A DNA stretch of 31,572 nucleotides from a virus. Under the pieces are notes generated by a model, which was not told the DNA's origin, did not search any database, and saw only the letters and a program-made list of their open reading frames with translations. Both the position numbers and the translations under genes were made by a program. Every line of letters starts with the position of its first letter. Within the stretch, counting starts at the first letter, position 1. Location: IMG/VR virus record IMGVR_UViG_3300038805_000124; one strand, written 5' to 3'. Of the stretch, positions 16,586-24,622 are shown one piece after another.

Positions 16586-16787
16586 GGCTATGCGACAATC
16601 AGACGCGCACGCTTCAAAGTGCACCAAGCTCGGCAAGAGCTTCGCGGAAGAGTATCCGGAGGAACATGCCGCCTACGCTGCTGCGAACGACGAGTACAAC
16701 GGTAACGAAACAGCCCTCTATGCGCTTTACAACGAGCGTTACGCTGAAATGGAGGCGGAAATTGAAGCTCGCGAAGAAGAAATTTAA
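16530..16787 (+). CDS. Hypothetical acidic helical protein (85 aa)
   Basis: ATG in an A-rich context. Overlaps the RT 3' end by 56 nt. No family recognised. Confidence 0.45.
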   Translation: MTTTEQIATLESRQLELLKAMRQSDAHASKCTKLGKSFAEEYPEEHAAYAAANDEYNGNETALYALYNERYAEMEAEIEAREEEI

Positions 16788-16798
16788 AGGTCAAGAAA

Positions 16799-17074
16799 AT
16801 GAAGGAATTTATTTTGAAATACATCGGCCGAACGGACCTGCTCCTGCATGCGCTCGGCATCTACTTTATTGCCACTTTTCTCGCGAAGGCTTTTATCTGG
16901 TGCGGAATGGGAGAAGTGCTCGCCAAGGTGCTTGCTATTGTCATTGCCATAGCCGTAGGGCTGTGGAAGGAATTTATCCATGACAAGAAAAAAGGCAAAG
17001 GCAAGTTCGAGGTTGCGGATTTGATTGCCGACGGATTTGGAATTGTGTTATCTATTTTGGTTATGTTTTTCTAA
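16799..17074 (+). CDS. Holin-like small membrane protein (91 aa)
   Basis: Three hydrophobic segments (LLLHALGIYFIATFLAKAFIW, VLAKVLAIVIAIAVGLW, LIADGFGIVLSILVMFF) with a charged KKKGKGK loop. Located upstream of the endolysin. Confidence 0.55.
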   Translation: MKEFILKYIGRTDLLLHALGIYFIATFLAKAFIWCGMGEVLAKVLAIVIAIAVGLWKEFIHDKKKGKGKFEVADLIADGFGIVLSILVMFF

Positions 17075-17090
17075 TTTTTTTTGCGCCGTT

Positions 17091-17681
17091 ATGGAAAATG
17101 TAGGTGGAGTTATCTCTCTCGCGGAAGCTATCAGTGATTATGGTATATCAATAATGATGAACGCTATCTTCTTGACAGTGATATTGTTTGTTCTGGGGTG
17201 GTTTAAGAAACTGATTGACAAGACTTTGGATGCGAACACAACACAGATGTCGGAGCTTATCGAAACGACACACGCACAGACCGTCTTATTGGATGATATA
17301 GCGGGGGGCTTGCGGCCAAGAACGCTCATGCAGATAAGAGATATATACAACATATACTTCTCCTATGCGGTGGAACAGATGTGCCTTATAGTCAAGCGTA
17401 TGCGCAAGGAAAATCACTTGGCTGACAAAAAGGCCACCTCCGAAAAGGTAAAATTGCTTCTCGATAATATCCACAACGAAAGGAACGCCCATTTCGAAAA
17501 CCACACATATAGGGGCAGAACACTCAAAGACTACACGAATGATGAGTGGAGAGATTGGGCATATACTGCGGTAATGAAGGAAATATACCGCAAGACCGAC
17601 AATGAGGACAGTCTAAGAAGCAACATAAAAGCCCTCTATAACAAAATAAAATACGATTTTGACGAGAGGCTCAACAAATAA
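17091..17681 (+). CDS. Membrane-anchored lysis-module protein (196 aa from the ATG at 17091)
   Basis: N-terminal TM segment (ISIMMNAIFLTVILFVLGWF) followed by a soluble helical domain. Lies between the holin-like gene and the amidase. Confidence 0.45.
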   Translation: MENVGGVISLAEAISDYGISIMMNAIFLTVILFVLGWFKKLIDKTLDANTTQMSELIETTHAQTVLLDDIAGGLRPRTLMQIRDIYNIYFSYAVEQMCLIVKRMRKENHLADKKATSEKVKLLLDNIHNERNAHFENHTYRGRTLKDYTNDEWRDWAYTAVMKEIYRKTDNEDSLRSNIKALYNKIKYDFDERLNK

Positions 17682-17682
17682 A

Positions 17683-18309
17683 ATGCGTGAAATGAAAATA
17701 CTTATCGACAATGGGCATGGCGTTAACACCGCCGGCAAGCGCAGTCCATATTCAGGCTACGGAGCAAAGCCGGCTCTCGAATTGCTGGAATATCGGTGGG
17801 CGCGAGAGATTGCGGCAAAAATATATCTGGAGTTGAGGCAGCAAGGCTATGACGCGGAGCTGCTCGTTACCGAAGATCAAGATATCGACCTCGCTACTCG
17901 CTGCCATAGAGCCAATCTGACATGCAATGTCCTGGGTAAAAACAATGTCATACTGATTTCCATTCATGGCAATGCGTTCGGCAACGGTAGAACTTGGAAC
18001 TCAGCTCGCGGCTGGAGTGCATATACAACTCCTGGCACAACGAAAAGCGACACTCTTGCGGAGTATCTCTATAGGGCTGCCGAGGAGAACTTCGCCGGCA
18101 TGAAGATACGCCGCGATCTGACTGACGGAGACTCTGATTTGGAAGCATCATTTTATATTCTTAAATATACTTTATGTCCGGCAGTGCTGACTGAGAACTT
18201 TTTTTACACCAATGTCGACGACTGCAAATATATGCTCTCGGACGAAGGTAAGAAGGCAATAGTCAAGACGCATGTCGACGGCATTATACGATATATAGAC
18301 TCGCTGTGA
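17683..18309 (+). CDS. N-acetylmuramoyl-L-alanine amidase (Amidase_3-type endolysin; 208 aa from the ATG at 17683)
   Basis: KILIDNGHGVNTAGKRSP, VILISIHGNAF, RGWSAYTTPG and CPAVLTENFFYTN are the conserved blocks of MurNAc-LAA amidases. Confidence 0.8.
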   Translation: MREMKILIDNGHGVNTAGKRSPYSGYGAKPALELLEYRWAREIAAKIYLELRQQGYDAELLVTEDQDIDLATRCHRANLTCNVLGKNNVILISIHGNAFGNGRTWNSARGWSAYTTPGTTKSDTLAEYLYRAAEENFAGMKIRRDLTDGDSDLEASFYILKYTLCPAVLTENFFYTNVDDCKYMLSDEGKKAIVKTHVDGIIRYIDSL

Positions 18310-18367
18310 AGCGCGTAAAAGTCCGCTCTTTGTAGTTTTCATGCTTTGATTGGTTATTGGTTAATTT

Positions 18368-18410
18368 TCCGGCGGACTGGAGCTTCGCGGACTTGCTCCA
18401 GCTCTCCGGA
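18368..18410 (+). terminator. Extended stem-loop after the endolysin gene (no U-tract)
   Basis: TCCGG 18368-18372 pairs with CCGGA 18406-18410. CTGGAGC 18377-18383 pairs with GCTCCAG 18395-18401. Confidence 0.4.
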
Positions 18411-18424
18411 ATTAATATATAAAT

Positions 18425-18916
18425 ATGAAAAAGCGAATTTTTGTAGCTGCGCTGAATCTTCTCTTTATCGCAACAATTGTGCTGCTCGGCTATCGCGCTG
18501 GCCGAAGATCCATAATTGTAAGAGAAACAAGAGATACGCTTTATGTAGAGAGCACAATTCACGACACGGTCCTTCTTGTGAAGCATAAGACGCATATCCG
18601 CGTAGACACTTGCTATCTTGCTGTTGCCGATTCAGCGGATAGCGCTGACTCGGTGCATGTGGAAGTGCCGATTGAACAGAAGACCTACGAGACGGAGAAC
18701 TATAAGGCCGTCATCGAGGGATACCGGCCGCAGCTTATCTCTATGGATATCTATCAGAAAACAAAGATTATAACTGTTACCAAAGAGGCAGAGCCGCGTT
18801 CGCGCTGGCATATCGGCTTCGCGTTCGGAGCGACCACCGGTATTTTTTACACGCCTGCCGGTTGGCAGCCAGGAGTGGGAGCCGGCTATACGGTCGGAAT
18901 AGCATATAATTTTTAA
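18425..18916 (+). CDS. Lysis-module envelope protein (163 aa): N-terminal membrane anchor and Gly-rich C-terminus ending in Phe; spanin-like candidate
   Basis: The N-terminus is MKKRIFVAALNLLFIATIVLLGY. The C-terminus RWHIGFAFGATTGIFYTPAGWQPGVGAGYTVGIAYNF resembles an outer-membrane beta-signal. Confidence 0.45.
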   Translation: MKKRIFVAALNLLFIATIVLLGYRAGRRSIIVRETRDTLYVESTIHDTVLLVKHKTHIRVDTCYLAVADSADSADSVHVEVPIEQKTYETENYKAVIEGYRPQLISMDIYQKTKIITVTKEAEPRSRWHIGFAFGATTGIFYTPAGWQPGVGAGYTVGIAYNF

Positions 18917-19032
18917 GTCCGCGCTTAACTGCCGGTATTCCGCACGCCTTCGAGCGCAATGAGCGATAGAGATTCCTTTTTCTCGCAAAATTTTCTTGAC
19001 ATGTAAACCTTTCATGGCTAATAGGTTAGTTT

Positions 19033-19160
19033 AATTGATTTGTGAAATTACAAATAAAAGTTTGATATTTCACAAATAAAAGTTTGTAGATACAAAAATT
19101 TGTTGTACCTTCGTTCCGTATGTTTAGTTTTAAACACCGAACAAAGATATACAAATAAAC
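19033..19160. promoter_or_regulatory. Early-region control sequence: inverted repeat plus 22-bp-spaced direct repeats in an AT-rich 291-nt gap
   Basis: TGTGAAAT 19041-19048 is inverted with ATTTCACA 19067-19074. ACAAATAAAAGTTTG occurs at 19050-19064 and 19072-19086. Degenerate copies are ACAAAAATTTG at 19092-19102 and ACAAATAAA at 19151-19159. Confidence 0.5.
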
Positions 19161-19207
19161 TGAAAATTAAACAATTAGATACTCCAAACCAATAAGCAAA
19201 AATAAGT

Positions 19208-19678
19208 ATGGCAAGAACAAGACACACAAGAATCGAAAGCAGAGTGGCGGTACATCGCGTCCTTATGGATGTGTGGCAAGCCAAGCACACCGGCAAGAAA
19301 TTCACACTTGCTAATCTCTGCCGCAAGTACAACTGCGGCAACATTAACGGCGCTATCATCAAGGAAATGGATTTCAGTAAGGTACCTGAGTATTCAGACG
19401 CGGTAGCTGTACTGAAAGCCAACTCGGAATATAAGCGCAGCTGCAATGTAGGCACTCGCAGGAGCGCAAGGGAAGTTCTCTCCGCCGCTCGCTCTGAAAG
19501 CGAGGTGGAGGCAGGCGAGAAGGAAATCGCCGCGAAGCTCTTCCAGGAGCAAAAGCCGGAACTCTCCGGACTCGACCTCAAGCCGGATGAAGACTCTCTC
19601 TTTCCGGAGCAGACGCTCGTCGTCAAGGCTATAGCAATTTGTCAGCGCGCCGGCTATGTCGTTAGCCGTCCGCTTTAA
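19208..19678 (+). CDS. Early hypothetical protein (156 aa)
   Basis: First ORF after the regulatory gap. No family recognised. Confidence 0.5.
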   Translation: MARTRHTRIESRVAVHRVLMDVWQAKHTGKKFTLANLCRKYNCGNINGAIIKEMDFSKVPEYSDAVAVLKANSEYKRSCNVGTRRSAREVLSAARSESEVEAGEKEIAAKLFQEQKPELSGLDLKPDEDSLFPEQTLVVKAIAICQRAGYVVSRPL

Positions 19679-19700
19679 GAAACATCAAAACACTATCAAT

Positions 19701-19907
19701 ATGGCAAGAATATATAAAACACCATTCCAAAAAAAGAAGGAGTTAAGAGACTCCCAGATCTACAACGACTATCAAATGGCGATCACTGCAGATCCGCAGG
19801 CAAGCCGCACGGCGGTGCGCAATTATCTCATGGATAAGTACACTATCGGCTCGACAGCCACATTCTACGCGATACTGCATAGAGTCGAAAAAAGATTTTC
19901 GCAATGA
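19701..19907 (+). CDS. Small early hypothetical protein (68 aa from the ATG at 19701)
   Basis: ATG in an A-rich context (MARIYKTPFQKKKELRDSQIYNDY...). The track's earlier start overlaps the previous gene. Confidence 0.45.
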   Translation: MARIYKTPFQKKKELRDSQIYNDYQMAITADPQASRTAVRNYLMDKYTIGSTATFYAILHRVEKRFSQ

Positions 19908-20071
19908 CACTCATTGAAGCTCGCAAGGTTATGCAGGAGTGCACCACTGCTCTCCAGGAACTCCACTCCTCGGACAGCCCATTGGTGGCAGCTCATAGAG
20001 TGGCTCTCGATGCGATAGACTTTGCAATAAGGACCAATAATATTCAAGGCGATGAAGCAGATTCTGTATAA
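19904..20071 (+). CDS. Small hypothetical protein (55 aa; below the ORF-track cutoff)
   Basis: Start/stop overlap (ATGA) with the previous gene. The hand translation MTLIEARKVMQECTTALQELHSSDSPLVAAHRVALDAIDFAIRTNNIQGDEADSV fills an otherwise unexplained gap. Confidence 0.35.
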   Translation: MTLIEARKVMQECTTALQELHSSDSPLVAAHRVALDAIDFAIRTNNIQGDEADSV

Positions 20072-20285
20072 AATCTCATTCCGAACGATTGCCGGCTCTG
20101 TTCTCGGCATTGCATCGGTCTTTGGCGGCCTTATAAGCTGCGCCGGCGGCGATGCTTACGGCATATTCGCTATGCTCGGACTGATCGTATCTCTTCTTCT
20201 CGGTTGCGCTGCATACCGTCTCATTGTTTGCGGACTACTCCGTCGGGAACCGCTCGCTCGCCGTATGTATCACTTCTATAAATAA
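20052..20285 (+). CDS. Small membrane protein (77 aa, two TM segments)
   Basis: The hydrophobic stretches are IAGSVLGIASVFGGLISCAG and IFAMLGLIVSLLLGCAAYRLIVCGLL. Confidence 0.45.
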   Translation: MKQILYKISFRTIAGSVLGIASVFGGLISCAGGDAYGIFAMLGLIVSLLLGCAAYRLIVCGLLRREPLARRMYHFYK

Positions 20286-20292
20286 CATCGTT

Positions 20293-20622
20293 ATGTGTGA
20301 ATTATGTCATGGAATTAACTCGCATGATTGTCCGATATGCGGAGATCATCACCGCGAGATAGAATGCCCCGAGTGCGGCGGAGAATGCTGGGTTTACGAA
20401 GCGTTTGATGTCATTAGCAGGCGTTCAATCAGAGTGTCGGCCGAAGAGTATGAGAAGCTCCTGGATACAGAATTGGAAGCTTTACAGCAAAGCCGTAACC
20501 TCTGCAAGGGAGATATGCACAGATGCCCGAGGTGCGACGGCTACGGCTATGTAATTCCCGATCCGGACGATTACTTTGACGAACTTGCGGCAGAAGAAAA
20601 ATACCGCGAAAAATATGGATAA
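20293..20622 (+). CDS. Cys-rich zinc-finger protein with four CxxC pairs, DnaJ-type CxxCxGxG-like (109 aa)
   Basis: The pairs are CELC, CPIC, CPECGGEC and CPRCDGYG. Confidence 0.5.
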   Translation: MCELCHGINSHDCPICGDHHREIECPECGGECWVYEAFDVISRRSIRVSAEEYEKLLDTELEALQQSRNLCKGDMHRCPRCDGYGYVIPDPDDYFDELAAEEKYREKYG

Positions 20623-20623
20623 A

Positions 20624-20869
20624 ATGAAGAAAACTAACATTCCCGACGACCTTATGACTTTGTCGGAAGTAGCCGCTATGACAGCTCTCTCGCGCAATTA
20701 TCTCTATCATATCTACAAGAAGCAGATTCCGCACTATATGTTCGGAACCACGCCGAGATTCTCTCGGAAGGAAGTGCTTGCGTGGATAGAATCAAAACGC
20801 GTCTATTCCAAAAAACAAACGACGGCCGCAGCACATTCATATTGCATAACCGGCAAGCGGCCTCAATAA
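20624..20869 (+). CDS. HTH_17 / AlpA-Xis-type DNA-binding protein (81 aa; an alternative start is the ATG at 20615)
   Basis: LMTLSEVAAMTALSRNYLYHIYKKQIPHYMFGTTPRFSRKEVLAWI matches the MerR-superfamily excisionase-like HTH pattern (helix-turn-helix ... F.r.el..W). Confidence 0.6.
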   Translation: MKKTNIPDDLMTLSEVAAMTALSRNYLYHIYKKQIPHYMFGTTPRFSRKEVLAWIESKRVYSKKQTTAAAHSYCITGKRPQ

Positions 20870-20910
20870 CAAAAAACCAAAATCCAATAATCAAATAAAA
20901 CTACAAAATT

Positions 20911-21762
20911 ATGGCTTATGTCAAATCAACGCAGGAAGTAAAAACTTCCAATCTCGCAAAGTTCAATGCGGCTTTGCGAGCAGAAAAAACGCAGGCAATG
21001 GTCCTGATATCACTTCGCGGCAAGGCGGATGAATACTTCCGGAACATCGCTTCGGCGGTTGCCAACAATGCGGAACTGCAGAAGTGCGATCCGGTTACGC
21101 TCATTTGTGGCGGGCTCCAAGCCGCGCAGCTGCAGCTCCCTCTCGGTAGCGGACTCGGCTTTGCCTATCTTATTCCTTTTAAGAACAACAAGAAGAAAAT
21201 CTACGAGGCGCAGTTCCAGCTCGGCTATAAAGGGCTCATCCAGCTCGCTATCCGCTCCGGACTCTTTGCGGAAATCAACTGCGGAGAAGTATACGAAGGA
21301 GAGCTCTCCGACTTCAATCGCATCGCCGGCACATTCAAGCTGGACGGAGAGCGTAAGTCCGATAAGATAGTCGGCTATTTTGCTTATTTCCGCCTCAACA
21401 ACGGCGACACTCCGGAGAACTGCTTCTCCAAGTCGCTCTATATGTCAGCCGACGAGGTTGAAAAGCACGCGAAGCGCTATTCGCAGACATATTCGAGCCA
21501 GTACGAAAGCACGCGCAACTCGTCCAAATGGACCACCGATTTCGACGCTATGGCTCGTAAGACTGTATTAAAGCTCTTGCTTTCGCGTTACGCACCCATG
21601 TCTGTGGAAATTCAGAAGGCGGTCGCATCCGACCAGGCGGTTGTTCGCGAGGACGGAGTGCTGGACTATGTAGACAACGAGCAGCCGGACGAACAGGCGC
21701 AAATTGAAGAGAAGAAAGAGGCGATGCGCACTAATGCCGGCGAAACACCTACGCTGCTGTAA
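20911..21762 (+). CDS. recT: RecT-family single-strand annealing protein (283 aa)
   Basis: Typical RecT blocks are present: LPLGSGLGFAYLIPF, AQFQLGYKGLIQLAIRSG, VGYFAYFRLNNG and DFDAMARKTVLKLLLSRYAPMS. Confidence 0.8.
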   Translation: MAYVKSTQEVKTSNLAKFNAALRAEKTQAMVLISLRGKADEYFRNIASAVANNAELQKCDPVTLICGGLQAAQLQLPLGSGLGFAYLIPFKNNKKKIYEAQFQLGYKGLIQLAIRSGLFAEINCGEVYEGELSDFNRIAGTFKLDGERKSDKIVGYFAYFRLNNGDTPENCFSKSLYMSADEVEKHAKRYSQTYSSQYESTRNSSKWTTDFDAMARKTVLKLLLSRYAPMSVEIQKAVASDQAVVREDGVLDYVDNEQPDEQAQIEEKKEAMRTNAGETPTLL

Positions 21763-21764
21763 TT

Positions 21765-23825
21765 ATGCACAAGTATGCGCAATTATCAGGAGATGAACTT
21801 GAAAATCATCTCAGCTATTATCTCGTCAACTCTTGGAGCTACTCTTCCGTCAGTTGCTTCTGCCGGAACGAGAAGGCTTTCGAAATGCAGTATATCTATA
21901 GGGAGCGTTCAAGGCGTTCCGTCTCCTCTATTGCCGGAAGTGCATACCATAAGGCTCTTGAGTTGTATTTCCGCAGCTTCTCCGATGAGCGGCAGGAACT
22001 CGTGGACCTGACTACGACAGCTTACGATTATATCGACAACGTGCCGGCTAACGATTGGAAACTCAGTAAGAGATATCCGACCGTGGAGAATGCGCTCGCA
22101 GAAGCGACCAAAAGCGTCAATTCTCTGCTGCAGAACTTCACTTCCGAGCTGAGGGTCTATCTTAAGGATGTCAAGCGCATAATTGACATTGAGCAAAGAT
22201 ATGAGCAGTGGGTAACGATTGACGGAGTGGACATTCCGCTTCCGCTTCATCTCATTATAGACCTGGTGGTCGAGCTCAACGACGGCCGCATCGTCATCAT
22301 AGACCACAAGAGCAAGTCGGCATTCACAGATCCGGACGAGATCGCTCTCACTCACGGCAAGCAAGCGATAACTTATGTTATCGGCTGGGAGGCAGGAAAT
22401 GAAGGGCAGAAAGTGTCCGAGGTATGGTTTATCGAGAACAAAATCAGCAAGAACAAGGACGGCTCCGCGCAGATACGCAAGCATTGTATAGTTATGGATG
22501 ACGACACGCGCCGGCTCTACGAAACGCTGCTCTATGAGAGCGTCAGAAGAATGCTCCAGGCGGTTTCCGATCCTGACTATGTATATACTATCAACGACAC
22601 TGACTATCTGGCAGACAAACCGACATTATACGACTTCTGGACGCGAACTCTTATCTCCGAAGTGGATGACTTTCCGCAGCTGCCTGAGAACAAGAAGCCG
22701 CTCATCGCAAAGCGCTTGAAGAAAATTAAAGATTCGTCGCTCGCGATGATCTCACCACAAATCATAACCACCTTCCGCGACAAGGCGGCATCATTCATAA
22801 CATTCGACTATTCAAAAACAAATATGACTAACGAAGAAAAAATTGAGCATCTGCTCAGAACATTCAATATAAGCGTGCAAGTCGCTCATAAAATTGACGG
22901 ATTTTCATGCGATACCTATCTATGCGAAGCAGCTGCCGGCGTTAAGCTCGACAGCATCCGCAGATACTCTCTTGACATAGCTAACGCCCTCGATGTGGCT
23001 TCCGTTCGCATTCCTGGAGAGCTCGTTATATATCACAAGAAGAGTTATCTCGCAATCGAGGTAAATAAGGCTCGTGAGCGGAATTTGCTTTGGGATCAGA
23101 GATATGCCGACGGCTATAAGATACCTCTCGGCCTGGATAATTACAACAAGAAGGTAATCTGGAACCTCGACAATCATTCCACTCCGCACATGCTTGTATG
23201 CGGCGCTACCGGCAGCGGCAAGTCCGTCTGCATACGCTCCACTATCGAGTTCGCTCTTGTTTCCGGCATTAAGCGCATATTCATAATGGACCCAAAATAT
23301 GAATTTACGAACTACGCCGGTGATGAGCGCATCAAGGTGCTGAACGAAATCCACGACATTGAGATGCAAATGAAAAGCCTGGTGGACAATATGAATGCTC
23401 TTGTAAGGTCCGGCAGAAGCCACAAGACGCTCATCATATTCGACGAATACGCGGACGCTATCTCCCAGGCGCGCAAGGGTAGAGAACTCGATATAGAGGG
23501 CATCAAGGAAGACGGCACGATAGGAGTTATCGGAAGAGATAGGAGCCTCGGGGAGAACTTGCAGATTCTTCTCCAGAAGGGGCGCTCTTCAGGCTTCCGC
23601 ATTCTTGCGGCAACGCAGCGCGCATCCGTTAAGGTCATCAACGGAGACGCCAAGGTTAACTTTCCGGTGCTCGTATGCTTCCGCGTTCCGAAGGCGGCCG
23701 ACTCTCGCGTCGTTATCGATGAAGACGGAGCGGAGATGCTCACCGGACACGGCGACGGACTCATCAAGTCTCCGGAGTACAACGACACTGTCGTTCGCTT
23801 CCAGGGCTTCTTATACGACAAGTAA
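21765..23825 (+). CDS. Fusion protein: N-terminal RecB/Cas4-like PD-(D/E)XK nuclease plus C-terminal FtsK/SpoIIIE-type ATPase (686 aa)
   Basis: Nuclease motifs: IIDLVVELNDGRIVIIDHKSKS (D...D-x-K) and GKQAITYVIGW (QxxxY). ATPase motifs: PHMLVCGATGSGKSVCIRS (Walker A), TLIIFDEYAD (Walker B), GFRILAATQRASVKVINGDAKVNFPVLVCFRV and DSRVVIDEDGAEMLTGHGDGL. Confidence 0.75.
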   Translation: MHKYAQLSGDELENHLSYYLVNSWSYSSVSCFCRNEKAFEMQYIYRERSRRSVSSIAGSAYHKALELYFRSFSDERQELVDLTTTAYDYIDNVPANDWKLSKRYPTVENALAEATKSVNSLLQNFTSELRVYLKDVKRIIDIEQRYEQWVTIDGVDIPLPLHLIIDLVVELNDGRIVIIDHKSKSAFTDPDEIALTHGKQAITYVIGWEAGNEGQKVSEVWFIENKISKNKDGSAQIRKHCIVMDDDTRRLYETLLYESVRRMLQAVSDPDYVYTINDTDYLADKPTLYDFWTRTLISEVDDFPQLPENKKPLIAKRLKKIKDSSLAMISPQIITTFRDKAASFITFDYSKTNMTNEEKIEHLLRTFNISVQVAHKIDGFSCDTYLCEAAAGVKLDSIRRYSLDIANALDVASVRIPGELVIYHKKSYLAIEVNKARERNLLWDQRYADGYKIPLGLDNYNKKVIWNLDNHSTPHMLVCGATGSGKSVCIRSTIEFALVSGIKRIFIMDPKYEFTNYAGDERIKVLNEIHDIEMQMKSLVDNMNALVRSGRSHKTLIIFDEYADAISQARKGRELDIEGIKEDGTIGVIGRDRSLGENLQILLQKGRSSGFRILAATQRASVKVINGDAKVNFPVLVCFRVPKAADSRVVIDEDGAEMLTGHGDGLIKSPEYNDTVVRFQGFLYDK

Positions 23826-23839
23826 ACAGGCTTTCCGCA

Positions 23840-24622
23840 ATGGCAAAAGACACATACTTTTTTCCGCATGATTACCATGCCAGGCACGATCCGAAGCTCC
23901 AGTTGTTACTTATGGAGCACGGACTTGCCGGCATTGGTGCATACTGGTGCATCGTGGAAATTCTCTACGAGAATGGAGGTATTTGTCGCAAATGCGATAC
24001 TCGTGCGATAGCATTCGGATTGCACTGCGATGAAGAGCTGATTGTAAGTGTACTTGAAAATTTCGATTTATTCGACAAAACCGAAGAAGGCGACTACTTT
24101 TCTCCTTCCGCCGACGAAAGGAATGCGCAGCGTGCGAAAATCGCTGAAATGCGTTCCAGGGCCGGCAGGAAGGGGAATGAAGTCCGCTGGGGAAATCACA
24201 AGGTCGCAAATGCGACAAAAAATATCGCAAATGCGACGGTTGTGAATCGCAAAACATCGCTAGGAAAGGAAAGGAAAGGAAATAATATAAAGAATAAAGA
24301 AAATATAAAAGAAAAAGAAATCGATTTGTCTTTTGTGTCAGATGACAGCTATCGCCCGATCGTAGCAGATTGGCTCGAATATAAAGCGGCGCGGCGCGAA
24401 AAATACAAGGATGCGAGATCTCTCGCAGCGATGTATAAGAAGCTCGTGGGTTTTTCCGGAGGAGATCCGGCGGTCGCGCGGCAAATCATAGACTACTCAA
24501 TGGCAATGAACTACTCAGGATTTTTTGAACCTAAAAACAATAAAAATGGACTTTACACCGGAGGAACTGATTCGGCTTGCCACCTCGACGATAGGGAGCG
24601 AGAATATCCGTCAACGATTTAG
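23840..24622 (+). CDS. Replisome organizer / replication initiation protein with a DUF4373 (Lin1244/Lin1753-like) N-terminal domain (260 aa)
   Basis: The N-terminus YFFPHDYHARHDPKLQLLLMEHGLAGIGAYWCIVEILYENGG matches the DUF4373 signature. It lies directly upstream of a DnaC-like loader. Confidence 0.6.
   Translation: MAKDTYFFPHDYHARHDPKLQLLLMEHGLAGIGAYWCIVEILYENGGICRKCDTRAIAFGLHCDEELIVSVLENFDLFDKTEEGDYFSPSADERNAQRAKIAEMRSRAGRKGNEVRWGNHKVANATKNIANATVVNRKTSLGKERKGNNIKNKENIKEKEIDLSFVSDDSYRPIVADWLEYKAARREKYKDARSLAAMYKKLVGFSGGDPAVARQIIDYSMAMNYSGFFEPKNNKNGLYTGGTDSACHLDDREREYPSTI
24204..24282. repeat. Iteron-like repeats followed by (GGAAA)x4 inside the replisome-organizer gene (origin candidate)
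   Basis: TCGCAAATGCGAC occurs at 24204-24216 and 24225-24237. Partial copies are TCGCAAAA at 24247-24254 and TCGC at 24257-24260. GGAAA x4 lies at 24263-24282, followed by an A-rich tract to about 24320. Confidence 0.5.

Noticed and set aside
18632-19015. Minus-strand 127-aa ORF starting MKGLHVKKILREKGISI, reminiscent of an XRE-type repressor N-terminus and divergent from the early operon across the operator-like repeats
   Set aside because: After about 33 codons it runs antisense through the C-terminal 100 codons of the well-formed + strand gene 18425-18916. The expected second and third HTH helices are not recognisable (…IAHCARRRAEYRQLSADLK…). It is probably spurious, or at most a decayed remnant.
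19041-24260. Short spaced repeats (19041-19102 and 24204-24260) as a CRISPR array
   Set aside because: There are only two exact copies each of 13-15 bp, with 6-8 bp between them. That is far below CRISPR repeat and spacer sizes. No cas genes are present.
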